From Girardia tigrina (taxonomy: Eukaryota): a DNA stretch of 64,000 nt. Of this stretch, positions 27,961 through 40,008 are shown piece by piece. Position numbers and translations under genes: made by a program. The stretch is taken from assembly GCA_001938485.1 (NCBI GenBank), contig MQRK01198362.1, positions 1 through 64,000 of the forward strand, in the 5' to 3' direction. Below the pieces are notes generated by a model. It saw only the letters and a list, made by a program, of their open reading frames with translations, was not told the DNA's origin and ran no database searches. Position 1 is the first letter of the stretch. Each line of letters begins with the position of its first letter.

Positions 27961-29883
27961 CATTGCGTAACATTTACCGATTGCCGATAATGGTGACATA
28001 CTTTGTTACTGGAAAAATCAAGCACTTAATTATCCGAAACTTACTCGCTTCGCAAGACTATTGGCGATTCCAGCACCTTACTCCAGCTCTGAACGAGTGT
28101 TTTCCACAGCTGGAAATATATGTGGTGAGAGAAGAACAAATTTGTCAGCATCCAAAGTTGCCTAACTTGTTTATATATAAAAAAGAGAAATATAAAAGAG
28201 AACTTAAGACAGATGAAGAAAATGAATAATGTGCTTTTTATAGATTGATTCAATTTTCCAAACATAAATTTGAAATTTTCTTGTTTTCTTTTTTGTAAAT
28301 TTTCTTTGCCATTATTTTAGCACAATAGCAATTATCAATGAGCAAATAAAAATTTAGATTTTAATTTAGCTGCTTTATATTAGGGTGAGTCATAAGTTGT
28401 GGGGCACTCTTTCCAAAGTAATTATCTTTAATTACAACATGAATTGTCGAATCGATATTAATTGAATTTGTATATCGTAATAAAGCTCATANNNNNNNNN
28501 NNNNNNNNNNNNNNNNNNNNNNNNNNNNNNNNNNNNNNNNNNNNNNNNNNNNNNNNNNNNNNNNNNNNNNNNNNNNNNNNNNNNNNNNNNNNNNNNNNNN
28601 NNNNNNNNNNNNNNNNNNNNNNNNNNNNNNNNNNNNNNNNNNNNNNNNNNNNNNNNNNNNNNNNNNNNNNNNNNNNNNNNNNNNNNNNNNNNNNNNNNNN
28701 NNNNNNNNNNNNNNNNNNNNNNNNNNNNNNNNNNNNNNNNNNNNNNNNNNNNNNNNNNNNNNNNNNNNNNNNNNNNNNNNNNNNNNNNNNNNNNNNNNNN
28801 NNNNNNNNNNNNNNNNNNNNNNNNNNNNNNNNNNNNNNNNNNNNNNNNNNNNNNNNNNNNNNNNNNNNNNNNNNNNNNNNNNNNNNNNNNNNNNNNNNNN
28901 NNNNNNNNNNNNNNNNNNNNNNNNNNNNNNNNNNNNNNNNNNNNNNNNNNNNNNNNNNNNNNNNNNNNNNNNNNNNNNNNNNNNNNNNNNNNNNNNNNNN
29001 NNNNNNNNNNNNNNNNNNNNNNNNNNNNNNNNNNNNNNNNNNNNNNNNNNNNNNNNNNNNNNNNNNNNNNNNNNNNNNNNNNNNNNNNNNNNNNNNNNNN
29101 NNNNNNNNNNNNNNNNNNNNNNNNNNNNNNNNNNNNNNNNNNNNNNNNNNNNNNNNNNNNNNNNNNNNNNNNNNNNNNNNNNNNNNNNNNNNNNNNNNNN
29201 NNNNNNNNNNNNNNNNNNNNNNNNNNNNNNNNNNNNNNNNNNNNNNNNNNNNNNNNNNNNNNNNNNNNNNNNNNNNNNNNNNNNNNNNNNNNNNNNNNNN
29301 NNNNNNNNNNNNNNNNNNNNNNNNNNNNNNNNNNNNNNNNNNNNNNNNNNNNNNNNNNNNNNNNNNNNNNNNNNNNNNNNNNNNNNNNNNNNNNNNNNNN
29401 NNNNNNNNNNNNNNNNNNNNNNNNNNNNNNNNNNNNNNNNNNNNNNNNNNNNNNNNNNNNNNNNNNNNNTCCACATCCTGCCTACAGTCCTGATTTAGCG
29501 CCTTCGGATTTTCATCTTTTCCGAGCTATGTCGCATTTTTTGAAGGGAAGGAGCTTTTCCGATATCGACGACGTCGATAATGGGTGTCTAGAATTTTTTG
29601 CATCTAAAGACAAAACATGGTATCGACGCGGAATAGAACAACTTGCAGAACGTTGGGTACAATGTATTGAAAATAATTGACTTTATTTCGAATCATAATC
29701 TTTATTGTGCGTTGTTTTATGAACATTTTAATTTTTAATAAAAAGTGCCCCACAACTTATGACTCACCCTAATATTTAAATGTTATTTTTCGATGCCTTG
29801 TTTAACGATGCAGGCGTTTGATGCATCGTTTAACGATGAAGGTTTTACGATGCATCGTTAAACGATACATCGTCGCTCCCTAG
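27960..29883 (+). mobile_element. Second hAT element 3' end (dimerization domain plus subterminal repeats), interrupted by a mariner
   Basis: YWKNQ..YPKL...LAIPA..SSSERVFSTAG motif at about 28000-28110; repeated ACGATG/CATCGT units ending ...CGCTCCCTA at 29790-29883. Confidence 0.7.
28380..29772 (+). mobile_element. Mariner transposon with perfect TIRs (interior mostly gap)
   Basis: TIR TTAGGGTGAGTCATAAGTTGTGGGGCACT at both ends with TA TSD; PHPAYSPDLAPSDFHLF (D34D) C-terminus. Confidence 0.93.
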
Positions 29884-29907
29884 TAATAATTAAAATAAAT
29901 AAAATTC

Positions 29908-30112
29908 TTAAGTTAAAAACTTTAGATTAATTAAGACCGATATATTTTTAAAAAGAAAATTTTTAATAAAAATTTTAAAATAAGACATAAGGGAGTTAAA
30001 CTGATTTAAAAATAACTATAATTCGGGTTAAATTTATGTAGAACGAAATTCCTTTGAAAGAAATTAAATTTAAAGTTAAGATAAATTTTTTTAACAAAAG
30101 TAGTAAATTTCT
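29908..30112 (+). repeat. AT-rich dispersed duplicate, second copy at about 47350-47552
   Basis: Shared taagttaaaaa..tttagattaattaa...aacaaaagtagtaaatttc. Confidence 0.7.
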
Positions 30113-30899
30113 TGTCAAGACAACTTCGGAAATTTCATTCATATTATAACTACTTTTATTTGGTTACAACTTTTTTGTATTTGGTTATAACCAATTGTTA
30201 AAAGTTTATAAAAACTAATAGAAAAATGTGTATAAAAATATGCAAGAGAGTCACAAATCTAAACAGCATACAAACAACAAACTTACAACATTCCAAATTA
30301 TCCCTCACAATGGTGGCAAAGTCAAACATCAAACCAGAAACACAATTTTCACTCAAAACACTATCGGTAGCATAGAATCAAATAACTAAGGTATTCCAAA
30401 CGCAAAGTGTACATTTTGCTATGCCTTATTGTACAATCTTTGGTTGCATATATGAAAAGATTTGAAATTCATAATTTTCTTGATGACCTAACGATGATGA
30501 TTAACACATCAATAAAAAGACCTTGACAATTTCCTGTATCTTAATAACATCTCGTTTTCTGGTTTCATTATTCCGGTTATTGAATCACTCAACTCGATAT
30601 TGACTTCATCTGCTAATACACCAAAATTAAAGATATTTAATTAGAACAAAAACATTACCTTACCTCGTTTAAGAAAAAGACCTAATTTACACTGTTATTA
30701 ATCTTTCTTCTATGAATCTCATGAGGCTATACAAATCAAACTAAGGAACCCTTTATGGAGCCATCCCACATTCCTTATTATAACTGATATAACCGCATTA
30801 TATCAATCAGTAGAACTGAATTATAAGTACTAAATACATTCCACTTGTATTGATTCCCATCGCAATTTGCTAATTAATGTGTACATGTTTTGTAATACA

Positions 30900-31720
30900 A
30901 TTCAATTTTTTTTCAATACAAAATTATATAGAATTTCAAATATTGACAAAAGAAGATTGTTTCAGGCGATGGAGAATGATGATTTTAGGCCTTCAGATGG
31001 GAATTGGTGGTTCGGCTTTAAAAGAAATTATTTTCCTGTTTAAAAAAGATTGTTATTTGTCAGTTGGAAAAATCAGCGGACACAGAAGAAACTTATAAAT
31101 GAAAATGGCGAGCAGTTGTTAAATTTCTTGGAACAGTTTGCAGAAGCAACATTCTCGGAAATGCAGACATTTCTGTCGAACACATGTGGAATTGCAGTTT
31201 TAATATTAACCATTGATAGATATTTTAATGGAAATTTATATCTGTCAAGAAAATCTGACCTTGTTTACAGGAACGCAATCGTGATAGAATAAAAGATATC
31301 CGGAGAATGTATGTTCAACGGTTACTTATGGAAGATTGGCATTCCAAAAAATGCATTTATATAGATGAAGTAGGATTTGATCTTTGGACGCAAAGGCAGA
31401 AAGGTAGATCACAGAAGGGATGGAGAATTTACGACAATTCCTACAAGTCGGGGAAGAAATATGACTCCGTCTATGGTCATCGGTAAAAATTGGCAGGTAC
31501 ATTTCCAGGTGATCTCTGGCATCATAAACAAAGAGAAATATGAACAATTCATAACTGAATTGTCAGAAAAACTTCCAGAATCAAGACATTACTTTAATTA
31601 TGGTAATGCTTCAATTCACAAAAGGATAGCGTTTGAAAGTGGAACATCTTCCCCTGTATTCACCTTTTTTAAAATCTGATTGAGGCTGTTTTCAGCAAAT
31701 TCAAGTCCGCCATCGATCTA
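30900..31720 (+). mobile_element. Decayed IS630/Tc1-like DDE transposase
   Basis: YIDEVGFD, GNASIHK and YSPFL..IEAVFSK remnants; same type as 10050-10860. Confidence 0.7.
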
Positions 31721-31784
31721 AACTGACAAAAACTGAGTGTTGTTTTTTGCTGACTGCATATTGAAAAATATTATTTTTGATTAA

Positions 31785-31850
31785 CCTTCATCCGTCCCTC
31801 AAATCCACTGTACACTACGGGTCGAAAAAGACCTGAGGGACGGATGAAGG
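31785..31850. mobile_element. 66-bp piggyBac-type micro-MITE
   Basis: Perfect 17-bp TIR CCTTCATCCGTCCCTCA, TTAA on both sides. Confidence 0.8.
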
Positions 31851-33085
31851 TTAATAAATATATTATTTTTGTGTTATTTATTAAAAATTATTATTTTAAA
31901 AGATCATTTTTAAAAGTATAATAATTACAATAAAAAATGATAATAATATTAGTATTAAACTTGCAAAAAGATCCAAAAACAAAGCATAGATATATTAAGC
32001 ATGTATATTAAATCAGTGGCGTCGCTAGGATTGATGTCACCCAGTGCAGTAAAAGTCACGGTGTCACCCCAATATAATTCAAAAAATTAAAATTAGAAAA
32101 TTAGTAAAATTGTACAAATTTCAAATAAAATTGTAAAAATAATAAAAATATTTACAAAAAAAATTTTAATGTTTAAATTGACTAACTTGTTAACAAAGTG
32201 ATTACTAATTTATAATTTGGTAAAATATTTTTTAGTCTGTTAAAGTAGTTTTCAAATTTTTAAATGATTATGTTTGGATAACATGTGATTATTTTGACCT
32301 TCTTTTATTTTCATTTAATTTATGATTAATTTCTTAATTTAACAATCACAATAAATTATTATTATGTTAACTTGTCATAATACTTAACGTATCTATTTAA
32401 TTTACAAATTGCTGGCTTACAGTAGATTTGATGTGTATTGCATTTTATTTTTGAGAAATAAATGATTTTGTATCATAGTAAATTATTGTGGTAAATTATA
32501 TATACGTTTGTTATCGACAAAAATGTTGTTTTCTAGGTTGGATTTTATAGAAGTCAACACCATGTGTTTCTACAACATCGACCTCATTTTCGACTCGGGT
32601 TCTTTTTAATAAACTCAAGTAAGGCATTCCTTATCGGTTTCTTATTAGTACTTGTAGGTACTGATGAAGTCATAACCACTGTTACCATCAGTATGTTTCT
32701 TTCTTTTTCTGTTCCCATAATAATAAAATTGCTATATTCAAAGTTTTATTTTTAATTTACTGAATATTTTCCAATCTTGTAACATTTGTTGTGATAAATT
32801 TCCTATGACAAAATTATCGAAACTATGACAAGGATTTTTTAAATCATTTATATCAAAATCATCAGTTTTGATTGCAAATTTTATATATTCTGTTATCAAG
32901 AATGAAGTGCAAATGAAGCAATGAAAACTAGACAATTTATAAATCTACAATAAAATTGGTATAAATCTTCAGACTTACTTTCTTAAATGTTGGCATAAAG
33001 GTTGGCTTTAAAAAATGTTATTTAAATTTATTTAAAAAATGACGATAATGAATTTTTAAAAGTCAAAAAATTTTCGTCAGCATAT

Positions 33086-33137
33086 ATTGTGATTAATTTC
33101 GACGGATCAACCGTCATCATCAGACTGAATTAACAAT
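33086..33137 (-). ncRNA. Minimal type I hammerhead ribozyme
   Basis: gt-CTGATGA-t-GACGG-ttgat-CCGTC-GAAA-TTAA-TC|ac. Confidence 0.85.
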
Positions 33138-33380
33138 GATATATTCGCGTTTATATATCAAAGCAATGTTTATGTAATCATTATGTCATTTAAATCATGA
33201 AAATACTTTCTTTGATAATTACTGGGAGGGGTGATGTGTGAAGCATTGTTGATCAAATCTTTTGATACTAAAATCAATGTCCACACACCATCCTCTTCGA
33301 CTTTATTGAAAGTATTTTCATGATTTAAATGACATAACGATTACATGAACATTGCTTTGATACATAAACGAGAGTATATC

Positions 33381-33432
33381 ATTGTTAATTCAGTCTGATG
33401 ATGCCGGTCGATCCGTCGAAATTAATCACAAT
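33381..33432 (+). ncRNA. Minimal type I hammerhead ribozyme (one stem II mismatch)
   Basis: gt-CTGATGA-t-GCCGG-tcgat-CCGTC-GAAA-TTAA-TC|ac; predicted cleavage after 33427. Confidence 0.8.
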
Positions 33433-33815
33433 ACATTCTGACGAAATTTTTTTGACTTTTAAATTTATTTATTTAGAATAAAATCACAACAATTTAAAAT
33501 TAAATTTTAAACTTAATAAACAATTTTAATATAACCAAAATGTAAAAATAAAATCATCAACTATCAGGACGAAAGAGGCACCTCTCTAAAACAAAATATA
33601 ATATACATAACATAAAAACATTTTAATTAAAATTATTCTTCACCGAGAAAGAAAGTATTCTTCGAATTTCATATACTCAATTTCATTATTTTTAGATTTT
33701 TTCAAAAATTATCTTGAATAATGAAACAATAATTTTATAAATTCTTATCATGTTATCCTTCATCATGTAAAAGATAACATCATTTTCTACAAAGCAATTT
33801 TATTTATTTATTTAG

Positions 33816-33917
33816 TATTTATTCGAATTCGTTCATTATTCAAGAAGGCAGCGAGTTGTTTTACGAAATCGAACAGAGAGACTGAGTGAACTCCTCGACT
33901 GGAGCAACTTGTCATTC
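33816..33917 (+). CDS. GYS: Glycogen synthase exon (Arg-rich G6P/phosphoregulatory helix)
   Basis: YLFEFVHYSRRQRVVLRNRTERLSELLDWSNLSF; followed by a 44-nt intron (33918-33961). Confidence 0.95.
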
Positions 33918-33961
33918 GTTAGTTAAAATTTTATATAATAATATTCACTACTTTTAGTTAG

Positions 33962-34339
33962 TATTACAAAAAAGCTAGACTGATTGCCATGGCACGACAT
34001 CTACCTCATTTATTTCAAGAAAAGAAACCAGAAACTTCAACTGAAGAGAAATCGAAATTTGTCTCAGAATCTGATATATTTTCAGAACGAAGTTGGCATA
34101 TTAGTAGGCCTTACTCAGCACCTAACTCTCCGTCACTTTCCGAAACCTCAGAACATGAATTCATTGAATACGAAAATGATGCAGAAATAAATCTTGAGGC
34201 AGATGTTGTGGATGATATCAGAGAGCGTGTTGAGTTAGGTCTAGCTCCAAGTCCAGACGGTTTGACAGACACTAATGAATTAGATTATTTGCAAAAGTTT
34301 ACGCATTCTTCCCTTTTTCACAGAAATAGTCATAAATAA
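33962..34339 (+). CDS. GYS: Glycogen synthase last coding exon (C-terminal phosphoregulatory tail)
   Basis: YYKKARLIAMARHLP...RPYSAPNSPSLS...HRNSHK*; carries the GSK3-type SxxxSxxxS cluster. Confidence 0.92.
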   Translation, partial: YYKKARLIAMARHLPHLFQEKKPETSTEEKSKFVSESDIFSERSWHISRPYSAPNSPSLSETSEHEFIEYENDAEINLEADVVDDIRERVELGLAPSPDGLTDTNELDYLQKFTHSSLFHRNSHK

Positions 34340-34664
34340 ATAATAGGTTATACTGAGAAATAAGGAAATGGTGGAGTAAAAAAATTGTGAATTGTTATAT
34401 TCAGGAAATTTATCTAACGATTTATGTAAAATATTTTACAATAAAATGTAGTGAAATCCATTATTTTTGGTTGTAAATCAATTGAATCTCTTAAGAGATA
34501 TAATTCTAAATAAATGTTTCACTAGAAATGAAATACTATCCTTTCTGAGGAATATTTGGAATGTTTGATGTTTTGTGTTTGATTGTTGATTTGTGTAAAA
34601 TTAACAGATGCAACTGACTTGATAGACTGTAAATGGGTTATTCCATTCTTTTTATTAACTCACT

Positions 34665-34704
<40 letters not shown>

Positions 34705-34708
<4 letters not shown>

Positions 34709-34915
34709 ATCCATGGAATTTAGAAACATCTTTTTGAAAGCCTTCTACTCAATCGATTTTCTTCAAACTTTGTACACTTACTCATTCTCTATGACAATAA
34801 ATGATTATGTAAAAATTTGATCGAAAAAAACTTTTTAAGATTCCAAAATGGGAAACAAACGGAAAATTCGAAGTTCCCGAAAAATATTAATTGCAAGATA
34901 TATATTTATAAATTA
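34705..34915 (+). repeat. Dispersed repeat, second copy at about 40368-40580
   Basis: Both copies start GTGTATCCAT(G/A)GAATTTAGAAAC after a TA/TG microsatellite and are colinear for about 210 bp. Confidence 0.75.
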
Positions 34916-34964
34916 TAAGTAGTTTATATTGATTTTACCAAAAAAATTTTTCTATATGATCTGG

Positions 34965-35520
34965 CGACATGACCATATTTTTTACATTTTTCACACTGTA
35001 TCTGACCTTCACTGTTAAGTTTGGCTCTCTGTAAAGAAGGAGTTAAAGATCTATTTCTAGTCATATCTGTTCTACATACATTGGCTAGATGACCTCTTTT
35101 TCCACATTTATAGCATGTTTTAACAGGTGAATTTCGATTATTAGTTGTATTATTTTTGAACCAACATTGACTACTGACATGACCAATTTTGTTACAGTTA
35201 TAACATTGAGGTTTTCTTGTATAATTATTTGACTCTCTATTGTCGTTAAATCTCGTTGATCTTGAAAAATTCGGACTTCTCGAATAATTTGAGTTTTGAT
35301 TATTGTTATTTCTACTACTAAAATATTGATTTTATCTTGGATTTTCATTTTGTGGTCTGTATCTTTGCATTTTTGGAGATGCATAACTTTGAAAATCTTC
35401 GTCAGTATCACTGTTGTTTGAATATGACTTTTGTTTATGTCTTTCTATCGGTTTTAATTCAGTTACACATACTGGTCGAATAGGAGCTGCAGTAGTATTT
35501 TTTGATTTACTAGTTCAATT
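34965..35520 (-). mobile_element. Retrotransposon gag fragment with three CCHC-type zinc knuckles
   Basis: CYNCNKIGHVSSQC, CYKCGKRGHLANVC, CEKCKKYGHVARSY (third knuckle degenerate). Confidence 0.8.
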
Positions 35521-35966
35521 TGAAGTATAAAATTCGGTTTTCTAAATAAGTCAATTTGTGTCTATAGAGATTTTTTTCTTTACGAAAATTAAGGCAATTT
35601 AAATATTTCGAATTTAAATATCAAATTCTTATTTATTATAATCTTACATCTGTTACTATAATTTTTAATATGCACTGATATTACATTTTTTTAATTTGTG
35701 GATTACTAAAATTTTAATGGATCATTAAACAATTGAAAAGGTAAAAAAAAATTTTTCTCTTTTTATAAATAAAATACATTAAATATTTTTAAAAGAATGT
35801 CGGACAAATCTTATTAAAAAGAAATCTATAATTGAACGTGTGTTTTAATACATTAACGTTAATCAAATGACTCAGAGAATTTCAATTTCGTGAACATATC
35901 TTAATTTTTATTTGTTCAATTCATCTAAAATTAGAAATCCAAATTACAGTTTTTATCCAAATCTGA

Positions 35967-36092
35967 ATGGAATTAGCACAGAGTTTAATTTTAAATGAGA
36001 GTGCATTGGTGAAATTACCAAACGATAAACGGCCAGTTTTTATCTATGAATGGTTGAGATTTTTGGACAAAGTATTACACGTTGTCAACAAA
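35967..36092 (+). CDS. HEATR5B: HEAT repeat-containing protein 5B, coding exon 1
   Basis: [42 protein letters not shown] matches the conserved HEATR5 N-terminus (MELAHSLLLNEEAL...[16 protein letters not shown]); gtaag donor. Confidence 0.94.
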
Positions 36093-36580
36093 GTAAGCTT
36101 TAAATAATTAGTAAATTCTTCCGTATCGCTCTTCGTCCGAAAGATAATTTAATTTTTCGATTTCCTTCTCGACATAATCGTATTTTAAAGGAAGTTCAAA
36201 TATTTTTCCAACAGAAAAAATGAAAAAAAATAATTTTAAAATAGAAAAATTTTGGGTGTAATTGATTAATTGAAAAATTTAACTTAAATCGAGTGTTAAA
36301 CATTCATTTTTGTATATTATCTTCATTTAAGTCGTATAAATGTCTCTTTCGATTTTATTAGAAATTTAATTCTTCTATCTTTTTAAAAAAATTTAAAATA
36401 CTGAATAAAAATTATTTAATTCATTTCTAATTTTCATTTTTAGTAAATATTTTCCTAAAAAAATATTTGTTTAAATTTTTTGATTTTTTGTAGAAATTTA
36501 TTTCTAATATTTTACTTTGATAATTTTTAAATTTTTATTAATTTATTGTTAAAAATATTCTTTTATTTTACAATAAATTA

Positions 36581-37005
36581 ACGGATAACATGAAATAGTA
36601 GGACACCTACTATTTTAATAGTAGTTGGAAAAAAAATTGAAAAGGCGCCCAATATTGGTTTACACCTACTATTTGGTGCTTTTGTTTTGAACTTGTCNNN
36701 NNNNNNNNNNNNNNNNNNNNNNNNNNNNNNNNNNNNNNNNNNNNNNNNNNNNNNNNNNNNNNNNNNNNNNNNNNNNNNNNNNNNNNNNNNNNNNNNNNNN
36801 NNNNNNNNNNNNNNNNNNNNNNNNNNNNNNNNNNNNNNNNNNNNNNNNNNNNNNNNNNNNNNNNNNNNNNNNNNNNNNNNNNNNNNNNNNNNNCGATACA
36901 CCTACTATTTGATTCCACCTACTATTTTAATAGTAGGTGGAAAATTTTTTGAAAACTTCATTACACCTACTATTTCATGTCCACCTACTATTTGATGTTA
37001 TCCGT
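36581..37005. mobile_element. MITE with 24-bp TIRs and CACCTACTATT subterminal repeats
   Basis: TAACGGATAACAT(G/C)AAATAGTAGG inverted at both ends; the outer TA is probably the TSD. Confidence 0.8.
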
Positions 37006-38453
37006 TATTTCCTAAACTTGCAAAATCGAAAAATAAGTGGATAAAATTAATTTGTGTTATTTTTTGAAAAATAATTTTAATATTTTTTAAAAATAATTTT
37101 TTAAAAATAATCAAATATAAAAATTGAACTATTAAAAATATAGTTAATAAAAATAAAAAAATGTTTGAAATTAAATTAAAATAATTTTTTAATATTTAAA
37201 AAGTTATTTGCGTATTTTTTCGAAAAATTATTTTAAACTTATCAAAAAATTACTAAAAAAATAAACAAATTTATTACAAAAAGTGGTTTTAGAATTAAAT
37301 TTAAATAAAATTTTAAATATTTTAAAAATAAAAACAAAATTAATCCAATAAAACTTTATATTTCAAGATAATATATTAAAAAGTATAAAAAGTGTAAATA
37401 AATAGAAGTAAATCAATTTAAATCGAATATTAAACATTTTTTTCAATTTAAGTTGTTTTAATGTCTTTTTTGTTTCAATTTTATTAAAAATTTGATTCTA
37501 CTAGTTTTTTAATAATTTCAAAAATATTTAATAAATTATTTTAATTTCTCAAAACATTCTTTTATTTTACAATAAAAGTATCAATTTTTCTAAATTTTCA
37601 AAATCCAATAAATGAGAAATTAAAAAAAAAGTTATAAAGTTGAGATTGATTTTCAGTTTATTTTGAAAATTATTGTAAAATTATGAAATAATAACTGAAA
37701 AAATAAAAAAATGTTTTAGAATTCAACTAAAATATTTTATTAAATACAAAATTAAAAATATTAAAACTGGTCTCAAAGGTATTCTATTTTTATGAACATT
37801 TGAAGTATATATAATTTATAATTATATATAAGTATATAATTATATTAATTCAAAATTTTGAAATTATATTATATCATAAATAATATTTTTAAAATAATTT
37901 AAATTATTTTGCAATCGAATTGTAAATTAAGTTTTAATTTAAATTTGTTTAAATGATAAGACGTTTAGAAATATAAATACAAATGTATCAATCAAGAATG
38001 ATGACTAGTTACAAAAGTTTTGTGGAGACCTAGTCCTAGTGGCAATTCAAATTGTGATATCAAAAATGTATTGAAAATCCAATTAGTGTTCTTAATAATT
38101 TAAACAATTTAAATAAAATATTTTTTTAGGAAAATATTTTTAAATTATCAAATATTAAATAGAAAAAATCAAATGTTTTAGAATTAAATTAAAATTATTA
38201 AAAAAATTGTAGAAACAAATTTCTTATAAAACCGTAACAAAAGAGACTTTTAAACTACTTAAATGACAATCATGTACCAAAAAATGTCAAACATGCGGTT
38301 TAAGTTAAATTTTGTCCGTTTATTTATACTCATAAACTGGTTGGAACCAATAACTAATCTAAATGGAAACCAAAATTGAAAACAATCTTTATTTGTGGAA
38401 GCAATACGGAAGAGTTTCAAAGAAAAAGTGTCGGTTTAAAATGAATTTTTAAG

Positions 38454-38768
38454 GCTGATATAAAAGAAAAGCAAGAACATATTCTAAAGATATTGTTAAA
38501 TCAACTCGAAAAGTCTCCCGGACCGACCACGAGAACATTAATCGCCAGGAATCTCGGCACTCTGTTCAGCGTAGGCGATACGTACTCTTTGCATCTTGCC
38601 ATCAATACTTGCAATGATTATGTCAAGTCAAAGGACGACAGTCCGAGTTATCTCCCTACGAGATTGGCTGCAATCGCATCTCTCGGAGAGATCTATCACA
38701 AACTCGGTCGCATGGTCGGTCGATCGTATGAGGAGACGATTTCCGTTTTGATTAAATCTCTCAAACAG
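38454..38768 (+). CDS. HEATR5B: HEATR5B exon 2
   Basis: ADIKEKQ...SPGPTTRTLIARNL...KDDSPSYLPTRLAA...GRSYEET...KSLKQ; AG/GT bounded. Confidence 0.94.
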
Positions 38769-39922
38769 GTGTTTTTGATTTGCAATTAACGAGCAAAATG
38801 TTTAATTTATTTTTATTTATTTATCGCTTTGTATAATTTACTACAACTAATTGCATCACTAATAGTTATAGGCTTTTATTTTGGGTAATTTTGGTCTCAT
38901 TTGGTCAATCATTAGCTTCAGCAGTCCAGTTGTTGACAATAAAATTCATACTTTAGTGTCTGGTTCTATGGAAGTAGTCCACGAAGTTCCCATGAACTAA
39001 AAATAAGACATGTAATTATATTTCTACGACATTTAGATTCACGGAAACTGTTTGGGGTTATATAAAAACAAATATAAAATTCAGTCCTATAAAAACCGTT
39101 TTATCGTTCAATTATAAGAAATCAAGAAATGATAATTTGTAATCATTATCGGTCTCCATAGTAAACTTTATATTTAAATCTAATGAATTCATATAATTAA
39201 AAACTGAGTCAAAAGTTGCCATATAAATCGTGTTTATACATGAAATGTTTCTGAGCGATAAATAAATCGATTTTATCTTCGAAGCTCGAAAGAAATATTG
39301 ATGCTATCATTAACGTCAATGGTGATTCCATATATCAGGGATCATCTGTGCGGCCAGTGGGCATACTTCTACGTAGTATCCCTGAGAAACTAGAAGAAGG
39401 GTTTGATTCCGTCTCTAGGCTAAAGTGCCCGAAAGCTAGCCTTTCATTGCGGAAACAGCCGGCAATGTATNNNNNNNNNNNNNNNNNNNNNNNNNNNNNN
39501 NNNNNNNNNNNNNNNNNNNNNNNNNNNNNNNNNNNNNNNNNNNNNNNNNNNNNNNNNNNNNNNNNNNNNNNNNNNNNNNNNNNNNNNNNNNNNNNNNNNN
39601 NNNNNNNNNNNNNNNNNNNNNNNNNNNNNNNNNNNNNNNNNNNNNNNNACAGGCGGAACTAAAGCATGCTCGACCCCAACATTGGGTTAGTGCTTGTTGA
39701 GAACCATCAGCGTCCCAGGCCTCCTATAAAGCCTCAGGCTTAATACTCGACAGGAGTTGAGGTGCACTTCATCAACTTGTGTATACCAGATGTTGCTGAA
39801 CACCTGACATGAGAAAACTTAATAATTTACGGATAAACAGTACTATAATTAGTGTTAATTCTGCAAAGGTTGCGGCACAAATCTATAGCCACTTTTAATG
39901 GGACGTTTGGGAACAAACTGAC

Positions 39923-40008
39923 TGTGAGGGATGATTTGGAATGTTGTAAGTTTGTTGTTTGTATGCTGTTTAGATTTGTGACTCTCCTACTCAGATGGGA
40001 TTGATATG
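39923..40008 (-). repeat. Short interspersed element ending CCTCACA (family also at 4-114, 30246-30309, 40994-41079, 44645-44740, 60817-61086)
   Basis: Conserved boxes CATCTG(A/T/G)GT(A/G)GGAGA and terminal CCTCACA, with a variable C/A-rich middle. Confidence 0.75.

Larger units (their letters stand above)
33055..33463. mobile_element. Penelope-like element 3' remnant as a fold-back (two inverted arms of about 156 bp around a GIY-YIG C-terminal stub)
   Basis: Arms 33055-33210 and 33308-33463. The spacer encodes FDNYWE../CEALLIKSFDTKINV, homologous to 40726-40926. Confidence 0.85.

Noticed and set aside
29790-29883. Short repeated units resembling a CRISPR-like array
   Set aside because: No unique spacers of regular length; these are subterminal repeats of a hAT end in a eukaryotic genome.
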